From a bacterium (GTDB lineage: Bacteria; Bacillota_I; Bacilli_A; Izemoplasmatales; Izemoplasmataceae), in contig JAGYML010000001.1 of assembly GCA_018400615.1 (NCBI GenBank), positions 7,134 to 71,133 on the forward strand: a stretch of 64,000 nt of DNA, written 5' to 3'. A program made the translations under genes and the position numbers. The notes under the pieces were generated by a model. It made no database searches, was not told the origin of the DNA, and worked only from the letters and a program-made list of their open reading frames with translations. Of this stretch, positions 16,541-24,951 are shown one piece after another. Within the stretch, counting starts at the first letter, position 1. The number at the start of each line of letters is the position of its first letter.

Positions 16541-18638
16541 AGTTGAAGCTTACCTGGATGCCTTTCACACGATTAGTGTGTTGGTTCCAAAAAAGCTCAC
16601 ACACGAAAAATTCAAGACCTTTACACTCGAAGGCAATGAAGAAATCATCACCCTGCATGTCACCGAGGTAAGAGAAAGCCACGACAGAATCAAATACATC
16701 ACCACGTTTGAAGGGTTCATCTTTCTCACCAAAGACTACTATGTAAAAACACACAGTGGTCTTGAGGCGGAACTTTATAGTGGCGCCATCGTGAGAAGTG
16801 ACATCTTTGACGAACTGTATGCTTACGACGGGGATGATCTTGGTGTCACGTACCATAAAAACCAGACCACCTTCAAACTGTGGTCCCCCATCGTCAAGCG
16901 AATCACCTTGAATCTGACGTCTCCTGAAGGAGAAAAGAGCGCCTATGACCTCAGCTATTTCAACCAGGGGGTCTGGTCACTGACCCTCGAAGGGGACTAT
17001 GAAGGCTACGGGTATTGTTATGAAAGCTATGTGAATGGGAAAATCCGTTCATTCAACGATCCCTACACCATCGCCTCAAAAGCCAATGGCAGACAAAATG
17101 TCATCGTCGATCCCGATAAGTTCGTATCGATGAACCATACGATGGACGACAGTTTTTTCTCTCCCGTGGATGCCATCATCTATGAAACAAGTGTCAGAGA
17201 CTTCACAAAGGATGCCTCAATCAACGCGCGTCACCCAGGACGGTTTCCCTCATTCACAGAAACCGGTTTGACCACCAAAAACGGGAAAGCGGCAGGATTT
17301 GATTACCTTAAAGACCTGGGAATCACCCATGTGCAGATTCTTCCCTTTTATGATTTTGAAGGGGTGGACGAGCTCGATGTGGACGCTTCATATAACTGGG
17401 GCTACAACCCCTCGCAATACAACGTGGTCGAAGGCTCGCTTTCAACCGATCCCGAAGACCCCTACACACGCATCAATGAACTGAGAACCATGATTGATAC
17501 ACTGCATAAACAAGGTATGAGAGTCGTAATGGACGTGGTATACAACCATGTCTATGATGTGGATACTTTCCCCTTTGACGCTCTTATTCCAGGGTATGCC
17601 TACCGCGTCAACCACCATGGCTATCTGACTGAGAGTTCGGGGTGTGGCAACGATTTGGCCACTGAACGCACCATGATACGCAAATTCATTGTCGATTCCG
17701 TATTGTTTTGGGCAAAAATGTTCAAAATCGACGGCTTCAGATTCGATCTCATGGGGCTTATCGACCTCAAGACCATGCATGTTCTGAGACAAAAACTTGA
17801 AAGTTATAGAAGAGACATCATTGTACATGGAGAAGGGTGGAACATCCCTACACCCCTCAAGGAAAACCGCATGACCCATCTTCAAAACAATTACGTCCTT
17901 TACAATATCGGGTTTTTCAACGACATCACCCGTGAATATATCAAAGGCTCGAATTTCGATGTGAAAGACAAAGGGTTTACCCAAGGCAAGAAAGGCCGAC
18001 ACAAAACCATTGAAAACATCTTGAAAGGCGGCACCGTTTCTCATGGAGGCATCAAATATCCGGCGCAGTCCCTGAATTATGTGGAATGCCACGATGACTA
18101 CACCTATTTTGATCAAACCCTCAAAGCCTGTCCGAAAGTAAAAGAAGCCACACGGCTTAAAATGCAGAGACTTGCCAACGCCATGGTCATCTTGTCACAG
18201 GGCGTGCCCTTCATTCACAGCGGTCAGGAATTTTTCAGAACGAAAAACGGTGTTAAAAACAGCTACATGTCTCCGGATGCCATCAACTTGCTTGATTGGA
18301 CAAGGAAAGATGCCTACCTGGACGCCATTGAAGAGTTCAAGACCCTCATTGAATTCAGAAAACACCATCCGGAACTTAAACTTAAAACCCCCCATGAAGT
18401 TGAAAACAGAGTCACCATCACATTCACCAAACAGGATACCTGCCTCTATGAGGTCAAGGGGGACCACGAAACACTCATGATGGTCTTCAAAAACACCGAC
18501 AAGGAAGAAACCATCAACCTGCCTTCGATGAACAGTCTGCTTTTCAAAAGCGAAGACGCCCATCACTTCACTGAAGGCACCTTGAAACTTAGCACGCTAT
18601 CCACCACCATCCTAAGCAGTACAAGAAAGGACGTTTGA
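16530..18638 (+). CDS. pulA: Type I pullulanase (GH13)
   Basis: 'YNWGYNP', 'MDVVYNHV', 'DGFRFDLMG', 'HGEGWN' and 'YVECHDD'. The ATG at 16530 has GGAG 8 nt upstream and overlaps the end of cca. Confidence 0.9.
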   Translation: MENRVEAYLDAFHTISVLVPKKLTHEKFKTFTLEGNEEIITLHVTEVRESHDRIKYITTFEGFIFLTKDYYVKTHSGLEAELYSGAIVRSDIFDELYAYDGDDLGVTYHKNQTTFKLWSPIVKRITLNLTSPEGEKSAYDLSYFNQGVWSLTLEGDYEGYGYCYESYVNGKIRSFNDPYTIASKANGRQNVIVDPDKFVSMNHTMDDSFFSPVDAIIYETSVRDFTKDASINARHPGRFPSFTETGLTTKNGKAAGFDYLKDLGITHVQILPFYDFEGVDELDVDASYNWGYNPSQYNVVEGSLSTDPEDPYTRINELRTMIDTLHKQGMRVVMDVVYNHVYDVDTFPFDALIPGYAYRVNHHGYLTESSGCGNDLATERTMIRKFIVDSVLFWAKMFKIDGFRFDLMGLIDLKTMHVLRQKLESYRRDIIVHGEGWNIPTPLKENRMTHLQNNYVLYNIGFFNDITREYIKGSNFDVKDKGFTQGKKGRHKTIENILKGGTVSHGGIKYPAQSLNYVECHDDYTYFDQTLKACPKVKEATRLKMQRLANAMVILSQGVPFIHSGQEFFRTKNGVKNSYMSPDAINLLDWTRKDAYLDAIEEFKTLIEFRKHHPELKLKTPHEVENRVTITFTKQDTCLYEVKGDHETLMMVFKNTDKEETINLPSMNSLLFKSEDAHHFTEGTLKLSTLSTTILSSTRKDV

Positions 18639-18639
18639 T

Positions 18640-19548
18640 GTGCAATCATTCTATGCGAAAATCGATTCATACAACCAGACCACCTATGACACCAATACCC
18701 TTTCAGTCTATGACAGTGAAGGCATTCGCCACACCATAAGGATTGATGAAAATGCGGATGTCAAAGAAGGGGAAGTGTACCGTTTTGAAGGGGAAATCAT
18801 TGAATTCAAGGGCAAGGATCAGTTCCTTGTGGAAAACCATGCGCATATCAATGCCATTGACATGAGTCTTGGTGAACGGGAAAAACTCATGGGCCACTTT
18901 TACAAGTTCGCACCCATCTCGATTGAAGCGATTCAGAAAATCGTCGAACACTACATCGCCCTGATTGACGACGACACCATCAAGACCCTCACCATGGATC
19001 TGTTCAGAACCCATGAAGAAAACTTCTATCTCTATCCTGCGGCGACGCGTTTCCACCATGCCTATATAGGCGGTGTGGCGCACCATACGGCCACCATGCT
19101 CAAACTGAGTGATGGGCTTGTTAAGACCTATCCGTTTTTAAACCACGGACTGCTCATTGCGGGTATTTTGCTTCATGACCTTTACAAGACTGTGGAACTC
19201 TCCGTTTACCACGCCCCTGAATACACCACTGAAGGAAAATTGCTCGGCCACATATCCATGGGAAGCGAAGCGGTCGGCGAAGCCGCAAGGCGTCTTGGAC
19301 TTTATGACACCGAAGCGAGAATGCTGCTGCAGCACATGATTTTGTCTCATCATTATTATGGCAATTTCGGGTCCCCTAAAAAGCCCAATATTCCTGAAGC
19401 CCTCGCCCTTCATTTTATCGACAACATCGATTCCAAATTCGCCGTGCTCGGCGAAGCACTTGACACAACCGAAACAGGCGCCTTCACCGGATCGCTTGGG
19501 GTGCTTGAGCGTGAACGCTATTACAAGTCCAAATATACAAAAAAGTGA
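18640..19548 (+). CDS. yhaM: 3'-5' exoribonuclease YhaM-like (OB fold + HD domain)
   Basis: GTG start. It has an N-terminal OB-like region, then 'RFHHAYIGGVAHHT', 'LLHDLYK' and 'LSHHYYGNFGSPK'. Confidence 0.8.
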   Translation: MQSFYAKIDSYNQTTYDTNTLSVYDSEGIRHTIRIDENADVKEGEVYRFEGEIIEFKGKDQFLVENHAHINAIDMSLGEREKLMGHFYKFAPISIEAIQKIVEHYIALIDDDTIKTLTMDLFRTHEENFYLYPAATRFHHAYIGGVAHHTATMLKLSDGLVKTYPFLNHGLLIAGILLHDLYKTVELSVYHAPEYTTEGKLLGHISMGSEAVGEAARRLGLYDTEARMLLQHMILSHHYYGNFGSPKKPNIPEALALHFIDNIDSKFAVLGEALDTTETGAFTGSLGVLERERYYKSKYTKK

Positions 19549-19636
19549 AAAAAATAGACAAAAACCATTGGCTGTGTTACACTATTGTTAGCCAAAATTC
19601 TAGTAGTATGCAGTTAATCAAGAGGAGTGAACGAAC

Positions 19637-20263
19637 ATGAAATTAGAAAAAAGAACGGACAAACTCAAAACCGTACGTGATAACCAGCTTGTACCCGGTG
19701 TTGTATACGGAAATGATATTGATCCAACCCCAGTACAAACACCTTATACGGACTTCGTTGAAGCTTACCGTGAATATGGTAAAAGCATGACCTTCAAGAC
19801 CAAACTCGGTGGGACAACCCACATGGTCTATTTCAAGGACATTCAAATCGACCCCATCCGCCAAAACAATGTATTGCACTTTGACCTTCAGAAAGTCAGC
19901 GCAAGTGAAACCATCGCGGCAGATATCCCTGTTGAACTTATCGGCAAGGAAGTCGTCGAGAAAAAAGGACTTGTCGTTGAACAAATTGAAAACGTGGTTG
20001 AAACCGAATTCCCAGCGGGATCAGGTATTTCCAAATTCACACTCGATGTCACCGACCTCGAAGGAAACGACACGCTTACCGTCAGTGACCTTGAACTTCC
20101 AGAAGGCTTCAAAGTCTTGGAAGAAGAAGAACGAATCATTGTGGCTGTCAACTATCCTCAAGAGGAAGAAGAACCAGAAGACCTCGATACCGAGGAAGAA
20201 GAGATCGAAGTCGAAGCCATCAAGCAAAAAGGCGAAGACGAAGAATCAGAAGACGAATCGTAA
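19637..20263 (+). CDS. rplY: 50S ribosomal protein L25 / general stress protein Ctc, with polyacidic C-terminal tail
   Basis: 'RDNQLVPGVVYG...', 'HFDLQKV' and 'ADIPVELIG'. RBS agaggag lies upstream. Confidence 0.9.
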   Translation: MKLEKRTDKLKTVRDNQLVPGVVYGNDIDPTPVQTPYTDFVEAYREYGKSMTFKTKLGGTTHMVYFKDIQIDPIRQNNVLHFDLQKVSASETIAADIPVELIGKEVVEKKGLVVEQIENVVETEFPAGSGISKFTLDVTDLEGNDTLTVSDLELPEGFKVLEEEERIIVAVNYPQEEEEPEDLDTEEEEIEVEAIKQKGEDEESEDES

Positions 20264-20272
20264 ACCATACAA

Positions 20273-20306
20273 ACACCGCATCCCATCCGGATGCGGTGTT
20301 TTTTTT
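20273..20306 (+). terminator. Intrinsic terminator after rplY
   Basis: 11-bp stem acaccgcatcc / ggatgcggtgt followed by a T8 run. Confidence 0.8.
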
Positions 20307-20316
20307 AGCTTTAATG

Positions 20317-20346
20317 CAAAAGAAAAGCCCGCGAATAGCGGGCTTT
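20317..20346 (-). terminator. Intrinsic terminator after the PrsA-like gene
   Basis: Stem aagcccgc (20325-20332) / gcgggctt (20338-20345). The minus-strand U-run comes from the plus-strand A-rich 20317-20324. Confidence 0.7.
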
Positions 20347-20352
20347 GAAGTG

Positions 20353-22944
20353 TTATTCTGAATCAATGACGTCAAGGGGTGGGAAAGTTCTGCGATCAAA
20401 CAGTTCACGGATGGTATCATACATATCCAGGTGTTCCTGGTTGTTATTTGTGAACTGTGCGTCATTTCTGATCATGTCAATGGTATGAATGGAATGGTTG
20501 ATGTTGCTGAAGAGTCGTGTGAAGCTTGTGGAGGCATAGGTATCTACAGCGTTGTAAAGGTCTTCACTTATAAGAGTGTAGTTTACTTCACCTTCGCCAC
20601 CAACGTTTTGAGCCTTGGTGTTTTCAATGCGTTGTTCACTGTATAGTTTGAGTTGTTCAAGGGAAGGCATCGCTCCATCGTTGATGAGATCATCGCTGAA
20701 GTCACCATCGGCATTGTCGAATGCGGCACTTGGTTTTTCGAAAGCGTCGCCTTTCTCAGCACGAATCAGGTGAATCCCGAATTGCGTGGTGGTGAGGTTG
20801 CTGGCGTACACTTCATCTTCATCTTCATATTCAGCAGTGTTGTAGTCTTCGTAGACTTCTTGAAGCGCCGCTACGAAATCTTCAACGTAGTTTTGCGTGT
20901 TGTTGAAATCAAGCTGGTCAGTACTTTGAGGCTGCCCTTGTTGATCGGTGCCTTCTTGAACCTGGAGGTTTTCATAGCGCAGTTCCAATCCGGCATTTTT
21001 GAATTCAGCCCATTCACTGTAATCATCGGCTGTGTCATCTTCAATGCGGGAGGCATCTTTATAGGCACTGACAATGTCTTCCATGGTTTCACCATCTTCG
21101 ATGGCATCGCGAATGGCGGTTTCAAGGTGGGCTTTTCTGGTGTTGAATTCAGTTTGTTCGCTTTCAGAGAGTCCTTCTTGGAATTCGTCGAAATCATCCG
21201 GTGCGAAGTTTTCATCCATATCCACGAATACGAGAATCTGATCGGCTTTCAAAGAGAAATAGTTTTCGTATTGTTCTTCAACGTAGTCCATGACTTTTGT
21301 AAAGTCGACCTCGTCGTATAAGTAATCATTACGAATGGTTTCCATCACGAGGGTGTTGAGGTATTCCTCTTCACCACCAAGACCGTAAGCCGCATAAAGG
21401 AATTCTTCCCAGCTCATGTCTTGTGGGGAGAAACCGTAGTTGGCGTACGCCCCGTTATTGAAGGATGTCTTGTCGGTACGCACATGTTCACGGAAGGCTT
21501 TCATCTTATCGCTTCTGTTTTCAAATACGTCACGGTTGTCACCGAACGTATCTTCGAAATAGGTACTGTCGAACAAGGTGAGTTCCTTGAGTTCTTCAAG
21601 GCTGTAAAGGGCCCCTACACGCGTTGAAGCAAAATCGAAGTAGTCATCAGCCGTTACTTCGAAATCATCAAGTGTGGCGAGTTTGTCAGGGTTGTCTTCA
21701 ATCTCTTCGTAAACTTCACTTCTGAACTGTTGTTCAAAGGAAAGAGCGAGTGGCTTGTCATGAATCTTGAGGTTGTTTTCTTCATAGAGGTTTTGCAAGA
21801 CCTGACTTGTTTGTTCACTTGTAATGAGGTCTTCAACGTAAGCGGCTTTAAGCTCTTCCAAATCCGCTTCACTCAATGTATCGAAGGCTGGCACATCGTC
21901 ACGGGTGAGTTCATACGCCATGTAACGGTAGTCGCCAATGCCTTTTGAGCTTTTCGAGTAGTCTAGGTCGCTTTCATTCAATGTGTTGAACAAGTAATCG
22001 CTTAAATCAAGAATGGCGCCTGTTCTGGAGGTTTCGCCTTCTTTTTGAAGGTCATATTGATTAAACATGAAGAAGTCGTTTTCCATCGCAACCAAATCTT
22101 CAATCGAGGTCGCTAAATCAATTTGTTCACGCTCCGGATTGAGGAAATTGTAGAGTTCGATGTAGATTTCGAGAGCTTCATCGTCTGTAAGCAACGTGGT
22201 ATTCGTATCGTCGAAATCATCACTTGCGACGTCTTCAATGGATGCGTCGCCTTCGTATAGACCCAAACCTTCATCGCCGTCTTCATTTTCGAAGTTTGGC
22301 ACGATGTTGAATCTGTTCAATACGTTCTCAAGGTCTTTTGAACTGAGGAAACGAAGCGTAATGGCTTGCATGTTGCCTTGTTCATAGTCATTGTAATACG
22401 ATTCAAGGTCCTCTTCACTTACAAAGAAATCGCTTGCTTCATCAGTTGTGAGATGCATGTCTTTGGTGTATGTGTCCTTGGCAATGACCAAGCGCATGAA
22501 AGCTTCAACGGAGGCATCATCATTGGGATCGAAACCGTTCATCACGAGTGTATCGTGATAATTTTGTTCCATATCTTCAATTTGACGCTCGCTGAATTCG
22601 GCAATTTCCGCGTCATCAGTAGTGCCATACGTCATTTCCGTAATCTGTTCATCGATTTCATCCTGTGTAACTTCGTTGATGTAATCTTTGTCTAGATAGT
22701 TGGAAAGCAGTTCGGTATCGATGTAGTTTTGAAGGTGCGAAAGGCCATCCATGACTTTAACACGTTCATAGACATCTTTTCTGGATAGATCATACCCATC
22801 ATAAGTCATGAACGTTTCGTCAGGATTTGAAACGGTGGGGGTTGAGTTGTCTTTTTGAAGTGCATTGCATGCAACCGACATGACAATCACTACAACAATG
22901 ATGCTGAGGACAATAGCGCCTCTTTTAATTAGTTTTGGGTCCAT
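20353..22944 (-). CDS. Giant, highly acidic PrsA/SurA-like lipoprotein with divergent parvulin-type PPIase domain
   Basis: The ATG at 22944 has RBS aaggag. Signal and lipobox 'IVMSVAC'. A PrsA-like N-terminal segment reads 'LSRKDVYERVKVMDGLSHLQNYIDTELL'. A C-terminal parvulin-like string reads 'KADQILVFV...DIVSAYKDAS...TTQFGIHLIRAEKG'. Confidence 0.55.
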   Translation of the reverse strand: MDPKLIKRGAIVLSIIVVVIVMSVACNALQKDNSTPTVSNPDETFMTYDGYDLSRKDVYERVKVMDGLSHLQNYIDTELLSNYLDKDYINEVTQDEIDEQITEMTYGTTDDAEIAEFSERQIEDMEQNYHDTLVMNGFDPNDDASVEAFMRLVIAKDTYTKDMHLTTDEASDFFVSEEDLESYYNDYEQGNMQAITLRFLSSKDLENVLNRFNIVPNFENEDGDEGLGLYEGDASIEDVASDDFDDTNTTLLTDDEALEIYIELYNFLNPEREQIDLATSIEDLVAMENDFFMFNQYDLQKEGETSRTGAILDLSDYLFNTLNESDLDYSKSSKGIGDYRYMAYELTRDDVPAFDTLSEADLEELKAAYVEDLITSEQTSQVLQNLYEENNLKIHDKPLALSFEQQFRSEVYEEIEDNPDKLATLDDFEVTADDYFDFASTRVGALYSLEELKELTLFDSTYFEDTFGDNRDVFENRSDKMKAFREHVRTDKTSFNNGAYANYGFSPQDMSWEEFLYAAYGLGGEEEYLNTLVMETIRNDYLYDEVDFTKVMDYVEEQYENYFSLKADQILVFVDMDENFAPDDFDEFQEGLSESEQTEFNTRKAHLETAIRDAIEDGETMEDIVSAYKDASRIEDDTADDYSEWAEFKNAGLELRYENLQVQEGTDQQGQPQSTDQLDFNNTQNYVEDFVAALQEVYEDYNTAEYEDEDEVYASNLTTTQFGIHLIRAEKGDAFEKPSAAFDNADGDFSDDLINDGAMPSLEQLKLYSEQRIENTKAQNVGGEGEVNYTLISEDLYNAVDTYASTSFTRLFSNINHSIHTIDMIRNDAQFTNNNQEHLDMYDTIRELFDRRTFPPLDVIDSE

Positions 22945-23121
22945 ATCTGAATCACTCCTTGTATAATTACGCAATATATATAGTACCATTAATTATTTTT
23001 TAATACAACTAGAAAAACACGGCATTTATAGGTTGCATTCTTTAAGCCATGTCGTGCAGTTCAATATATTGCATTCATGGCCATATGGTGTATAATAATA
23101 CCCGAATTGGAAGTGAAGATT

Positions 23122-23910
23122 ATGGAGATCACCATTCTTGGCAGTGGCTCAAAAGGCAATGCCACATACATAAAGACTAAAAACGCTGCGTTTTTGATTG
23201 ACGCAGGCCTGTCTTACAAGCAATTAAATGAGCGCATGCGCGTACGCGGGCTATCCTTATTACCCTTGGACGCCGTGTTTTTGACCCATGAACACAGTGA
23301 CCATACCAAGGGCCTTCACCAGCTCATCAAGCGCACCAACACACCGCTTTGGGCTGTGAAAGACACCTACAAGGCCACGCTTGCCAAAACAAAAGCACTC
23401 CCTGAAGTGCATACGCATCAGGCATTTGAAGCGCACCTTCCCTTTGAATTCAAAGGGGTGGCCTTCACTCCGATAAGAACCTCACACGATGCAGCCCATG
23501 CGGTAGGGTTCGTGATTGAGGAGGACGGAAAAAAGCTTGTCTACATTACCGATACAGGCTATCTCGATGAACGTGATTTTCATAAAATCACCAATGCGCA
23601 CATGTACGTTTTCGAGTCCAACTACGATATTTCAATGCTTTATACCTCTTCGCGCCCCCATTATCTCAAACAAAGGATTGATTCTGTCAGAGGCCATTTA
23701 TCCAATACAGACAGTGCGTATTATCTTTCACGCATTGTCGGAGAAGCGACCAGACACATCGTGCTAGCCCACCCCTCACAAGACTGCAACACCGAAGCCT
23801 GCGCGCTTTATACCCTTGAAGCGGTCTTCAAAAGCTACGAACTGGCCATAGACCAATACGATGTCCATGTGGCCAAGCAAAACACCCCAACCAAAACGTT
23901 CACTCTATAA
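23122..23910 (+). CDS. MBL-fold metallo-hydrolase (YycJ/WalJ-like)
   Basis: 'ITILGSGSKGNATYI...FLIDAGLS' and 'LTHEHSDHTKGL'. I chose the ATG at 23122 over the 23077 extension. Confidence 0.85.
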   Translation: MEITILGSGSKGNATYIKTKNAAFLIDAGLSYKQLNERMRVRGLSLLPLDAVFLTHEHSDHTKGLHQLIKRTNTPLWAVKDTYKATLAKTKALPEVHTHQAFEAHLPFEFKGVAFTPIRTSHDAAHAVGFVIEEDGKKLVYITDTGYLDERDFHKITNAHMYVFESNYDISMLYTSSRPHYLKQRIDSVRGHLSNTDSAYYLSRIVGEATRHIVLAHPSQDCNTEACALYTLEAVFKSYELAIDQYDVHVAKQNTPTKTFTL

Positions 23911-23927
23911 CAGAAAGGATTGTTAGT

Positions 23928-24797
23928 ATGACCCATGAAACACTCATTAAAAAAACCTGCGCCAAAGTCTTCGAGGTCCATGAAGATGCCGTCGTACTTG
24001 AAAGACGCTTGATGGGCGGCATGTCCAACTTCACATACGTCATATCGGTGGATGGTACCCTCTACACTTTCCGAGTCCCTGGCAAAAATGCAGAAAAATT
24101 CGTGGACAGGGAGATTGAAAGCTACCACATTGAACTGGAAAAACCACTTGGTTTAAACAATGAAACCGTGTATCTCGATACTGAATCGGGCATCAAGATT
24201 GCCAAGTATATAGACGGAGTCCCTCTTCATGAAAAGAAACCACTCGATTACCTGAAAGAAGCAGCCGATGTACTTCATACCATCCACGAGAGTTCCCTGG
24301 AATCCAAATACCCTTATGATCCCTTTACCCGCCTGGATAAATATGAAAGCTACATGAGCGAATTCAATCATACCCATGACACGCGTTACTTTGAATACAA
24401 GGAAACCCTCAAATCCTACAAACCATTTCTTGATCAGTTCGAACATACCTTCACCCATGGCGATGCCCAGGTCAGTAACTTCGTAGTCAGAGAAAATGAA
24501 ATCAGACTCATGGACTGGGAATTCTCAGGCCAAAACGACCCTTATTACGATGTTGCCTGCTTTGGCAACAACGATTTCGACCATGCGGTGGCCTTGCTTC
24601 CCATCTATCTTAAACGCACCCCTAAGCACGAGGATTACAAGCGTCTATACCTCTGGAGAACGTATCAGTGCCTGCAGTGGCACAACGTCGCTTTATACAA
24701 ACACGAGATAGGATTAAGTGAAGAATTGCATGTGCCATTTGACAAAGTTGCCGTGCTTTATCTTGACAAGGCCAAGAATCTTCTCGCTAAATTGTAA
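23928..24797 (+). CDS. Choline/ethanolamine kinase-like phosphotransferase (LicA/APH fold)
   Basis: Brenner motif 'FTHGDAQVSNF' and 'LMDWEFSGQNDPYYDVA'. Confidence 0.7.
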   Translation: MTHETLIKKTCAKVFEVHEDAVVLERRLMGGMSNFTYVISVDGTLYTFRVPGKNAEKFVDREIESYHIELEKPLGLNNETVYLDTESGIKIAKYIDGVPLHEKKPLDYLKEAADVLHTIHESSLESKYPYDPFTRLDKYESYMSEFNHTHDTRYFEYKETLKSYKPFLDQFEHTFTHGDAQVSNFVVRENEIRLMDWEFSGQNDPYYDVACFGNNDFDHAVALLPIYLKRTPKHEDYKRLYLWRTYQCLQWHNVALYKHEIGLSEELHVPFDKVAVLYLDKAKNLLAKL

Positions 24798-24823
24798 TAC
24801 AGATAATTATTTTATAATTAAAG

Positions 24824-24857
24824 GAAAACACTTCGTATGTAAGTGTTTTCTTTTTTA
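24824..24857 (+). terminator. Intrinsic terminator after the kinase-like gene
   Basis: Stem gaaaacactt / aagtgttttc followed by a T6 run. Confidence 0.75.
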
Positions 24858-24874
24858 AAATATCCCATGAAACG

Positions 24875-24903
24875 TTGTTAAAAGCGGATGGATATTGTAT
24901 AAT
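24875..24903 (+). promoter_or_regulatory. Putative nifJ promoter
   Basis: TTGTTA (24875-24880), a 17-nt spacer, then TATAAT (24898-24903). Confidence 0.5.
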
Positions 24904-24951
24904 TTACTTGTATGACAAAACGATACAAATTTAATAATGGAGGTAGTTGCA

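Noticed and set aside
17442-18116. 224-aa minus-strand ORF inside the pullulanase gene
   Set aside because: It is antisense to a gene with all the GH13 motifs. Its composition is unremarkable and it has no start context.
19809-20348. 179-aa +1-frame ORF overlapping rplY and running through its terminator
   Set aside because: It is a Lys/Ser-rich frame-shifted reading of the acidic-tail codons, and it crosses a strong intrinsic terminator.
20653-21321. 222-aa plus-strand ORF antisense to the PrsA-like gene
   Set aside because: It comes from the complement of GAA/GAT-rich codons, which gives Phe/Ile/Val-rich pseudo-hydrophobic sequence. The minus-strand gene has the RBS, signal peptide and terminator.
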